This document shows, in pieces, positions 16,656 to 24,642 of a stretch of 25,485 nt of DNA. The notes beneath the pieces are model-generated. The model was not told the origin of the DNA and ran no database searches. It was given only the letters and a program-made list of their open reading frames with translations. Source of the DNA: a virus. Both the position numbers and the translations under genes were made by a program. The stretch lies in the IMG/VR virus record IMGVR_UViG_3300009618_000029; one strand, written 5' to 3'. Within the stretch, counting starts at the first letter, position 1. Each line of letters starts with the position of its first letter.

Positions 16656-16843
16656 TGCCACGCAAGTGGACCGGATCCTGCAAGGTTACACTTGCCCAAT
16701 CACTGAACTACAATGGCGGAAGTTCATAGGCAGAAGACAGAAGGAGTGTGAAAAGATTTGAGTCAAGAAAAGCGTGAAGCAATCTTGGAAGCCAGAGCGG
16801 CCAACCAGAAACTCGGCGAACTCATCACGAAGGGCACCAAGTA
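16656..16843 (+). repeat. Junction repeat R2, including a truncated copy of the tail-chaperone 5' end (16758-16871)
   Basis: 16741-16843 matches 17821-17923 at 95/103 nt. The upstream part translates ATQVDRILQGYTCPITELQWRK, homologous to R1. Confidence 0.92.
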
Positions 16844-16863
16844 TCGTTCTTGTGATTTGGGGT

Positions 16864-17346
16864 TCATTTGAAAACAAATTCTCGATTCTTGATCACGACG
16901 TTATCCTTTCTCTCGATTTCGTCGATAAGTTTGGCCACCCTCGATTTAGTCATAACGTGGCTCCTCCAGAGTTCTCTCAACAGCAACGGGAGATTGAGAT
17001 AATGGATGGAAAGCGAACCCGCAGCCCTCTCCGCTTTCCTGTCGTTGGTGAGAAGTAAGCAATTCCTATTTCGAGCGACTGCCAAACATTCAGCATCTCC
17101 TAACCCCAAGTTCAGAGCTTCTCTGACTTCTCCGGCTGCCGCCTTTTCACGCATGCCCAACTTGACTGAAATGAAATCGGGAGGATGCGAGTATCTCAGA
17201 AGCCCCAATTCTGCTCCTTTCTTAATTTCCAGATTAACACTTGGGCAGACCAAGATTCGCGATTTTGGGAAAAGTCTGACGAGCAGTTTCAGCTTGTTGA
17301 CCTTGGCAAATGTGGAGAGAATGTCTGTGTCGACGACAACGTCCAT
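16864..17346 (-). CDS. PIN-domain (VapC/DUF3368-like) toxin
   Basis: VVVDTDIL, LGLGDAECLAVA and LLLTNDRKA motifs. Confidence 0.88.
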   Translation of the reverse strand: MDVVVDTDILSTFAKVNKLKLLVRLFPKSRILVCPSVNLEIKKGAELGLLRYSHPPDFISVKLGMREKAAAGEVREALNLGLGDAECLAVARNRNCLLLTNDRKAERAAGSLSIHYLNLPLLLRELWRSHVMTKSRVAKLIDEIERKDNVVIKNREFVFK

Positions 17347-17666
17347 TATCTCATCTTTTTCATAATTTCGTCAGCCCTTCTGACATCGCTCCTGTTTACG
17401 GAGATCATCCTCTTATGACCGAGATTTGCCAACATTTCCTTGAACTCAACTACCCCAACCTCCGCAATCTCGGCGGCTTTGCCCAACGTGACTTCGCCGT
17501 CCTTATACAACTCTGCTGCGGCTGCTAGTCTCAGGCTTCGCTTCGAAGAGAGAAAGGTTCTGAGGGCGTCCTTTACGACATCGGACTTGCTTGAGTAGTA
17601 TCCAGCCTTGACCAACGCACTTATTTCCTTCTTGACGAGCTCCGGCAGATTGTAACTTGAAGGCAT
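17346..17666 (-). CDS. RHH + UPF0175-family antitoxin
   Basis: LVKAGYYSSKSDVVKDALR (ParD/RHH-like) and ELYKDGEVTLGKAAEIAEV (UPF0175 HTH). Confidence 0.85.
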   Translation of the reverse strand: MPSSYNLPELVKKEISALVKAGYYSSKSDVVKDALRTFLSSKRSLRLAAAAELYKDGEVTLGKAAEIAEVGVVEFKEMLANLGHKRMISVNRSDVRRADEIMKKMR

Positions 17667-17682
17667 GCCCCCACCATATTAA

Positions 17683-17705
17683 TTATTGATAACTGTTATC
17701 AATAA
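17683..17705. promoter_or_regulatory. Perfect 11-bp inverted repeat, likely operator of the PIN TA operon
   Basis: TTATTGATAAC-t-GTTATCAATAA lies 17-39 bp upstream of the antitoxin start. Confidence 0.7.
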
Positions 17706-17726
17706 ATACTTATCATCCTACCTTGG

Positions 17727-17923
17727 CGTCTACCTCCTGCCTGCCACGCAAGTGCATTGAATCCTCAAGGTGACACTTCCGCGATCAAGCTACAAAGGCG
17801 GAAGCTCACGGGAAGAAAACGAGGAGCGTGAAAAGATTTGAGTCAAGAAAAACGAGAGGCAATCTTGGAAGCCAGAGCGGCGAACCAGAAACTAGCCGAA
17901 CTCATCACGAAGGGCACCAAGTA
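17727..17923 (+). repeat. Junction repeat R3 (contains the functional chaperone start)
   Basis: Begins YLLPATQV (compare FLLRAAQV in R1) and continues into TTG 17838. Confidence 0.92.
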
Positions 17924-18221
17924 CCATGAAGCCGTCGAGGTCAAGGGCGTCGACAATGAACTGCACAAGTTCGAGGTCTCACCAATGAGCGACGCGGACC
18001 TGGCAGAGCTCCTACAGTCAACAAACGTGGACTTGAAGGATATCGGCAACAAGGATAAGTTGGCGTCGAACTTGGCGTTTCTACAGAAAGGCGCAGCCAT
18101 CGCCACAGGCGCGCCAGACGTGGCCAAAGCCTTGATGCCCATGGAAAGCTTGAAACTTATTCTGCGTTCGTTTGAGCTATCCGGATTGTCCGCGGGCCCA
18201 AAAGCCTCAAAGCCAAACTGA
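17838..18221 (+). CDS. Tail assembly chaperone (G-like)
   Basis: 127 aa, located between MTP and TMP. Contains the heptamer C CCA AAA at 18197-18203. Confidence 0.75.
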   Translation: MSQEKREAILEARAANQKLAELITKGTKYHEAVEVKGVDNELHKFEVSPMSDADLAELLQSTNVDLKDIGNKDKLASNLAFLQKGAAIATGAPDVAKALMPMESLKLILRSFELSGLSAGPKASKPN

Positions 18222-18373
18222 GTTCATTCGCTGAAGGATCCGTCTACTCGGCCCCTCTCGAAGTCCTAGTCTCAGAGTTCGGTTACAAGTTAACCGAACG
18301 AATGGAGGAACCCACTCGTTTACAACAAGAGTGGCTGCTTCTCATTTTTAAAAAACAGCATCCACGAAGGTGA
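18197..18373 (+). CDS. -1 frameshift extension of the tail chaperone (T-like)
   Basis: The -1 frame is open from the slippery site: PKSLKAKLSSFAEGSVYSAPLEVLVSEFGYKLTERMEEPTRLQQEWLLLIFKKQHPRR*. Confidence 0.75.
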   Translation, partial: PKSLKAKLSSFAEGSVYSAPLEVLVSEFGYKLTERMEEPTRLQQEWLLLIFKKQHPRR

Positions 18374-18391
18374 AAATGATTTGAGTACAAA
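18344..18391 (+). repeat. Junction repeat T1 (T-ORF end plus aborted TMP start)
   Basis: 44/48 identical to 20183-20230. Confidence 0.92.
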
Positions 18392-18530
18392 AATTCCCGC
18401 GAGGGGTTGGTACAGTCCCCTGATTTTGGATTAAGTGAATCGCACGCTGAGGAGTGCAGGGCTCTGAAGCTAGAGTTCAGATCGAAGTGGGATGCATTGA
18501 GAGTGTGCCTTGGTGACTACACATAAATAT

Positions 18531-18557
18531 AGAGTGATGACCACCGGTCATCTCTCT
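18531..18557. promoter_or_regulatory. Inverted repeat downstream of a TATA-like box, upstream of the DUF5678 gene
   Basis: AGAGtGATGACC-acc-GGTCATCtCTCT following ATAAATATA. Confidence 0.5.
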
Positions 18558-18573
18558 CTTGAGGAAATTCCCC

Positions 18574-18774
18574 ATGAAAGGAGAACTAGAGTACGTAATG
18601 TCAATTGGAGATAAGCTAGGGGACTATGTGAATTGCTGGATTGCTGTTGTGGACGACAAGATCATCGCTGAAGGCAATTCCGCGAAAGAGGTCTTCATAA
18701 AGGCCAAGCACCAGTACCCAGACAAGATCCCATTCGTGATGAAAGTTCCGTCAGATCCTGTAATGGTCATGTAG
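18574..18774 (+). CDS. DUF5678-like protein
   Basis: DYVNCWIAVVDDKIIAEGNSAKEVFIKAKHQYPDKIPFVMKVP. Confidence 0.75.
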   Translation: MKGELEYVMSIGDKLGDYVNCWIAVVDDKIIAEGNSAKEVFIKAKHQYPDKIPFVMKVPSDPVMVM

Positions 18775-18796
18775 TGGTAGCTTTCTTGGGCTTCCC

Positions 18797-19128
18797 ATGT
18801 CTCAAGCTGCGGGAACCAAGATTGTCTGCAAGTATCTCAGCTACCTTTTCACCCAGAAGGATGGAACTAAGCGTTACATTCAACTTCCTCTTGTGCACGT
18901 ACTTTTGGAAAGAGTGCCACAGTTACTAGTACTGCGACCGTAACTAACACTCGGACCATGAGCGCCACTCAGACCAGCAATTCGGTTACCTCGAGCACTG
19001 TGAGTGTTACCTCCACTAAGACCCTTTCAACTAGGAGTGTGACTTACACGCAGTCTGCTACGGTTACTAACACTGCGACGAGGTCTGTCACTGTAACTAT
19101 CACTACGACTGCTGCCACTACGACTTGA
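18797..19128 (+). pseudogene. Chimeric remnant: truncated N-terminus of a probable retropepsin-like partner joined to a Thr/Ser-rich surface-protein fragment
   Basis: ORF 18797-18943 (KYLSYLFTQKDGTKRYIQLPLVHVLLE) lacks any DSG/DTG motif. A different frame, 18913-19128, is a start-less SATVTSTATVTNT...TTTAATTT*. Confidence 0.5.
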
Positions 19129-19224
19129 CAGCTTAGCGAAGTTCGAGAGGGTTCTAATTTCCAAGCATACGACTTATATGGCATCGTCATCATGATGATA
19201 TAATGGACAACGGAGGATACGAAA

Positions 19225-19353
19225 ATGCTACCAAATCCACCCCCAACCTTGAAGGGGAAGGAAGCAGAGGCGTTCTTGAAAGACGCAGCGGAGCCTCCGA
19301 CAGAAGCGCAGAAGAGATTAGTCGAAGAGGCTTTGAAACGCTTCCCGAAGTAA
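19225..19353 (+). CDS. 42-aa antitoxin-like partner of the GNAT toxin
   Basis: GGAGG RBS. MLPNPPPTLKGKEAEAFLKDAAEPPTEAQKRLVEEALKRFPK*. A 12-bp palindrome TCATCATGATGA (19187-19198) lies upstream. Confidence 0.7.
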   Translation: MLPNPPPTLKGKEAEAFLKDAAEPPTEAQKRLVEEALKRFPK

Positions 19354-19362
19354 CTTATTTTC

Positions 19363-19877
19363 TTGTCCATCTTTTCCGTCGAAGAAATCAACCTACGCAA
19401 GCTAAGCATAGCTGACGACACAGGGTTCTTTGACTGCGGCAATTCAGACCTTAATGACTACATAAGATACCAAGCCAAAGACCAGCAACTTCAGCACGCG
19501 GCTGTCATTTATCTGGCCTTGTTCAACACGCAAATTGCAGGCTTCTTGAGTCTTGTATGAGCAGCATCGAAGTCAGTAGCATTGACGAAAAACACCGCCC
19601 GTTGCACACGCCGTACCGATACTATCCGTCATTGATGATTGGACGACTTGCTACTGAACTGCAATTTCAAGGCAAGGGAGTCGGCCGAATACTCTGCCTC
19701 TATGCCATCGCCACAGCTGCCAAAGTACGTGAGGAAGTTGCATGTCAATTTGTGATACTAAATGCAAAGATAGCGTCTATTCCTTTCTACGAACATTGCG
19801 GATTCAAACTGGCTGAAAATCAACCGAAAGGTCGGCGCGAGCCATTCATGTACTTCAAGCTTCCCATAAACACATGA
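19363..19877 (+). pseudogene. GNAT-family acetyltransferase toxin, split by a 1-nt deletion near 19553
   Basis: FDCGNSDLNDYI in ORF 19363-19560 and MIGRLATELQFQGKGVGRIL...FYEHCGF in ORF 19557-19877. Adding one T gives the continuous sequence GFLSLCMSSI. Confidence 0.8.
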
Positions 19878-19949
19878 GAATGGCGAAAAACGGGATAGGG
19901 TCTTCAGAATTGGAGGACGACAAAGCCAATTATCGTCCCTAGAGTTTGA

Positions 19950-20159
19950 TTAAGGCTTCTTGTCCTTGGATACGGGCGTCTTATCGTGGCTTGGGTGCTC
20001 GACCTTGAGGCTTGATGCGGTCTCTAGTTTCTTGATTCGTTCCTCTTGCTTTATCATTATCTCATTGGCAACTTTTTCTAGCCGATTAAATTTCTCTATG
20101 TCCCCTGTTTTCTTCGCGGAGCCTTTCGACTTCTTGCGCTTGCGCCAACATGGGACCAT
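19950..20159 (-). CDS. Lys-rich coiled-coil ORF, possibly a gene fragment
   Basis: IEKFNRLEKVANEIMIKQEERIKKLE. The 5' end abuts repeat T2. Confidence 0.35.
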   Translation of the reverse strand: MVPCWRKRKKSKGSAKKTGDIEKFNRLEKVANEIMIKQEERIKKLETASSLKVEHPSHDKTPVSKDKKP

Positions 20160-20182
20160 CCCTGCAACGAACCTGGCTTCCG

Positions 20183-20230
20183 ATTTTTAAGAAACACCAT
20201 CCACGAAGGTGAACGTGATTTGAGTACAAA
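20183..20230 (+). repeat. Junction repeat T2 (contains the true TMP RBS and TTG start)
   Basis: GAAGGTGA RBS at 20205-20212 and TTG at 20220. The upstream part translates LQRTWLPIFKKHHPRR*, compared with LQQEWLLLIFKKQHPRR* in T1. Confidence 0.92.
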
Positions 20231-22553
20231 CATCGGAAGTATAGTCTTCGCCATCCAAGCGGTAGAGCCGTAACAAAAACGGCGCCGTCACGAAGCAAGT
20301 AGTGTGATGGGGAAGATTAGCGCTTCAATGGGCCTAATGGGTATGGAGTTGCAGCAGCTCGGCCCAGGCTTCGCGCAAGTCGGCCAGATGATGCAAGGCT
20401 TCGCGGTTGCAGGATGGACAGGCGCGGCGGTTATTGGAATCGGCGAAGTCGTCCAAGGCATACAACAAGCCGTAGCCGCTGCGGCAGCTTCACAGTCAGC
20501 GTGGGCGATGCTTCAACAATCCCTCCACCTAACCGGCGCCGCCTGGGCTGCGCAGCAACCACAGATCCAGAACTTCGTCCAGGGCTTAGAGCAGGTTTCA
20601 ACCGTCAGCCAAACCGCTGCCGTTCAGGGGCTGCAACTTCTTGCAACCTACGGCATGAACGCAACGCAAGCGGAACAAGCGCTGACCGTCGCAACTAACC
20701 TGTCCGCCGCGAAGAATCTTGACCTAACCACTGCCGTGAACCTTGTCGGGAAAGCATTCGACGGTGTCACAACCACCCTCTCCCGGTACGGAATTATTAT
20801 TCAGACTACGACGAAGGCGAACGCAGATCTTAAACAAGGAACCGCCGACTTAACGGCTGCGATTCAGAAAGCCGGCGTCAACGCCCTACAACCCTTCACA
20901 CAGATACTTCAACAGGCAGGAATCAGCCTCACAACTACTACCGGGAAAGAGCTGACTGCGACACAGATTACGGGCGAGTTAGTTACCGCATGGAAAGCCG
21001 GCACCATCACCACATCCCAGATGAACGACATAACTCACGCCCTGGGCATCAACTTTGACTGGGCAACGGCTAAGGCGTCAGACTACAACGACATTATGGC
21101 GCAGCTGAACGATAAGTTCGGGAGCGCAGCTCAAACCCAGCTGGACACGTACGCGGGAAAGCAGCAGCAACTCACGAACGAATGGGCCGACCTCCAAATA
21201 CAAATTGGAGACATGCTTCTCCCCACACTCACATCCCTCACCAGTTGGCTTGACGACAACCTGCCCAAATTCACAAGCTGGATCACTTCACTAGCCCTCG
21301 ACCCAAGCGTCCAGACAACGTGGAGTAAATTCATGGGCGTCTTCTCGGGGTTCGTGGCTTCTGGCGACTTGACTGAACTCATGGGGTTCGTCTCTGAGGT
21401 TGCTAAAGGCGCAATTGAAGTAGCACTCGACCTCGCGATCACGGGCATGGATTTCTTAAACGCCATCATGACCGATGTGAAGTGGCTTCAAAGTGTAGGC
21501 ATCATACCAATGGGCGTCGCGACTGCACAGACGGCCCAAGTCATTCCTCAATCCAACGCCCCGACATACCAGGCCACACTTACGAATGTAACGCCACCGC
21601 CCGAAGCTTTCAGTCAAAAGAACCTAAACCCGCCGACCGACCAAATTTTCACTGGCGCGAACCAAGAACAAAACGCCCCCGGGTGGCTTCAAACGTACCA
21701 GCAGGACTGGGCTAATTTCACGACGGGCATCCAGAAGGGCGCGCAGACAGCGGGGCAAGATCTAACCGACTGGTGGAACGGCCTCTGGGCTAAGACCACC
21801 CAGGATACGACTACTGGAACGGACGACGTGACCACCGCAGCAGCGAGCGGGATGGGGCCGCTGGCCACTACCACTTTGAATATTGGAAACCAAATCAACA
21901 CTAACCTTGGCTCAACGTTATGGTCTAAAGTAACAACGGCCGTGCAGCCTGTGGCTGCGGCTCTCAGTAATACATGGTCGCAGATTCAAAGTGGGGCGCA
22001 GGCAGCGTTCGGCGCCGTTACCTCAGGTTTAGCGGCAATCCCGTCCACAAAGGACATCACTGTTAGTTCTGTGGTTTCGGATGCGGTTACTGGATTCGAC
22101 CAAGTCACCGCAGTTATCTCTACAATTCCGTCGATGATAGAAACGACTGTCACCACGATTGCGGATGATGCGATCAGCGTTATTCAAAACGTCATCAGTT
22201 GGCTCGACAAAATCCCCAGCGAGATTATGACCAGCATTAACGTGAGCCTTTCGGGGGCTGGACTTGGAGAATTTACAGGCCCAGGCTATCAACTCGGCGG
22301 CATGGTTCCCACAACGGGGATCTACATGCTTCACGGCGGCGAGGAGGTTCTAACGCCGGCGCAACAGGCAGCCATAGGCGCAGGTCTAACGCCACCCGCA
22401 GCGCCAACTTCCCAAGGAGGATCCGGCCCGATGCAACTTCAGAACCAAACCGTCGTTCAGTTGGATGGGCAAACGGTCGCAAGCATACTTGAGCAGAAGA
22501 TTATTCGGCAAAGAAAATTTGGTTCAGGCTACAAATACACGGCGGTAACATGA
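20220..22553 (+). CDS. Tape measure protein (769 aa after removal of a 24-nt intron; ORF caller starts at 20304)
   Basis: Long Ala/Gln/Thr-rich helical protein with a C-terminal GYQLGGMVPTTGIYMLHGGEEVLTP and VVQLDGQTVA motif. The start MSTNIGSIVFAIQAV is in frame with 20304. Confidence 0.92.
20266..20289 (+). other. Predicted 24-nt bulge-helix-bulge mRNA intron
   Basis: Central helix CGGU(20260-63)/GCCG(20284-87), bulges AGA(20264-66) and UCA(20288-90), intron stem GCCGU/ACGGC and an in-frame TAA at 20271. Splicing gives GCG GTA GAC GAA (AVDE). Confidence 0.8.
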
Positions 22554-22554
22554 G

Positions 22555-24642
22555 TTGACGCTCACACAGCGGTCCTCGGGCATCATTTACAGTAGCGATT
22601 TAAGTTCGCTCGGTAATTGGAAAACCACCATTTGGGATACGCCCAACGATAATTATAGTCTGGGAACATGCACCGTCCCAGGTTTCTTTGAGACTACGGC
22701 GTTCAGCAACGGCAACGCGTGGGCTCTTTTCTACGCGTGCTTCGAAGCCTACGCTTACTTCTATCAGTCCTTCAACCTCGGAACCGGCGCAGTTTTCCGG
22801 CTGAATTACAAGACGCCAATTCCGCCAGCTGCAGGTAGGTCGAACGTTGCCGCACTTAAAGTGGGAAGCACCAGTTTCGGTACCGTTGGTGAAGCAGCTT
22901 GGACAGGCATACAGGGTACTCTACCGGGTGGTACGCAACAAATTCAGATCGGTTACGCTTTCGCCCTTAGCCCCGATACTTCTGGCCAAAGCGTAGAGAT
23001 CGCTGTCGAGGACCTACTGATCTACTCGTCTAACAATGTAACTATAACTGGGTTAGCTGGCGGTCAGAAAGTTTCACTCTACACGGCTGGACCCGGCGGT
23101 GGCTTAGTCGGGTCTGCCACCTGTGCTGGTAACGCCACATCAGTCGTCATCAGTCTTGCGAGTGTTTGGGCTGCTTTGCCCGCGCAAATATACGCGATGG
23201 TCTACGCCGCCGATGGTTCAACTTTAGTTGAGCAGACGCAGCCTCAAACAATGTGTGGCGGCGACGTTTGGAATTGGACACCGCTTCAAACGTTGAGTCT
23301 CACCGTGGATAATTTTCAGATTTACCAGAAGAACGCCCCATCCAAAGCCCAGCCGACAACTGCAGTTATCACGGCTACGCTGATCAATTTAGCTACCAAG
23401 TTACCGTATCCTAGTAAAACAATTAACTTCTCAACCTCCCTCGGAACACTCAGCGCGGCAAGTGCGACCACAAGCGCCGCTGGGTTAGCGGTCGTATCCC
23501 TCACCTCGACCACCCCGGGCCTCGCTGTGGTTCAAGCAACTTGGACGGGCGACGCTACCGTGGGCGCTGCAACCGGCTTCGTCAACGTTCACGTATTCTA
23601 CGATGCTGAGGGACCGGATGAAACGCAGCCTTTCCAACTATACGTTGAGGGCTGCCCGTATTCCTATGTGGGTGGAACCGGTGGCACAAGTCATTACGGG
23701 CAGAACTATCAGCAGAAGATCGAAACCTTCACGTTCGACCTGCCGCGTTATTATCCAACGCTTACGCCGCGGGGAATCGTTCGGGTCTATCGGTACGGTG
23801 TCTTAGAGTACGCTGGACTCCTAGAGGATATTAAGCGAACTATAGGCAGCTCGTACAAGATTACTCTTTCAGGTTCTGACGCCTCCAAACTCTTAGACAC
23901 CCGAATAATTCAGGAAGCGGAGTTTCTTGCGGCAAGCCCAGAGTTCATCATCAACAGCCTACTAACCAATTACCAATGCGGCATAATGGTGGGACAGCTA
24001 GGCACTACGGGCATCACGTTACCAAGCGTACTTTTCACTGATGTTACGCTTCGCGCTGCGATCCAGCAGGTTTGCGGCCTCATTGGTTGGACGTACCGAG
24101 TCAACCCGAACTTGACCCTTGACTTCGCCTCGCAGTTCGGAGGCGGCACATCGAACGTTGCCTTCAATGAAGGCGATACGGTGGGTGACTCAACGAGTGA
24201 ACTAGATTTCTCCACGATGGGCAACCGAATGTACCTGGTTGGAAACGGTATAGTCAGCATTCAAAGTGACAGCGATAGCATCAACAAATACGGCTTAATT
24301 GAACAGGTGGCATTCCAGAAAACCGTCACCGACGCAACCACCCTAGCCATAGCCTGTCAGGCTATGCTCGCGGATTCCGAAAACACCGAACTCATCGCCC
24401 AAATAACTGTGAGAGACACGAATCCTCCAGACACTTTCGGGCCTGAGGATTCGATTACCGTCAACATTCCCGACCTCGGGTTAGCTGGCCTATACACCGT
24501 GGTTCGCATTCAGCGGGATCTAAGTGACCCGACGATTGCCACAATCGACCTGAACCGGCGTATGCCTCAACTGTGGGAGCTTGACGAAACCTCAAGCCGA
24601 ATGCTAAGCGACCTCAGCGCCGGAATCACCCTGGCAGCATAA
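22555..24642 (+). CDS. Tail tip/hub protein with an Ig-like (Big-1-like) domain
   Basis: AVITATL...KTINFSTSLGTLSAASATTSAAGLAVVSLTSTTPGLAVVQAT (Big-1-like), then a hub-like C-terminus (VRVYRYGVLEYAGLLED...GSDASKLL...VNPNLTLDF...YGLIEQV...LYTVVRIQRDL). Confidence 0.75.
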   Translation: MTLTQRSSGIIYSSDLSSLGNWKTTIWDTPNDNYSLGTCTVPGFFETTAFSNGNAWALFYACFEAYAYFYQSFNLGTGAVFRLNYKTPIPPAAGRSNVAALKVGSTSFGTVGEAAWTGIQGTLPGGTQQIQIGYAFALSPDTSGQSVEIAVEDLLIYSSNNVTITGLAGGQKVSLYTAGPGGGLVGSATCAGNATSVVISLASVWAALPAQIYAMVYAADGSTLVEQTQPQTMCGGDVWNWTPLQTLSLTVDNFQIYQKNAPSKAQPTTAVITATLINLATKLPYPSKTINFSTSLGTLSAASATTSAAGLAVVSLTSTTPGLAVVQATWTGDATVGAATGFVNVHVFYDAEGPDETQPFQLYVEGCPYSYVGGTGGTSHYGQNYQQKIETFTFDLPRYYPTLTPRGIVRVYRYGVLEYAGLLEDIKRTIGSSYKITLSGSDASKLLDTRIIQEAEFLAASPEFIINSLLTNYQCGIMVGQLGTTGITLPSVLFTDVTLRAAIQQVCGLIGWTYRVNPNLTLDFASQFGGGTSNVAFNEGDTVGDSTSELDFSTMGNRMYLVGNGIVSIQSDSDSINKYGLIEQVAFQKTVTDATTLAIACQAMLADSENTELIAQITVRDTNPPDTFGPEDSITVNIPDLGLAGLYTVVRIQRDLSDPTIATIDLNRRMPQLWELDETSSRMLSDLSAGITLAA

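Noticed and set aside
16774-17418. Plus-strand ORFs 16774-17058, 17006-17365 and 17185-17418
   Set aside because: They are antisense to the clear PIN gene. The only meaningful plus-strand piece is the truncated chaperone copy at 16758-16871.
16822-18370. CACGAAGG motif shared by the R and T junction repeats as a recombinase site
   Set aside because: It is absent from R1 and J, lies at different distances from the breakpoints and is only 8 nt long, so it is compatible with chance.
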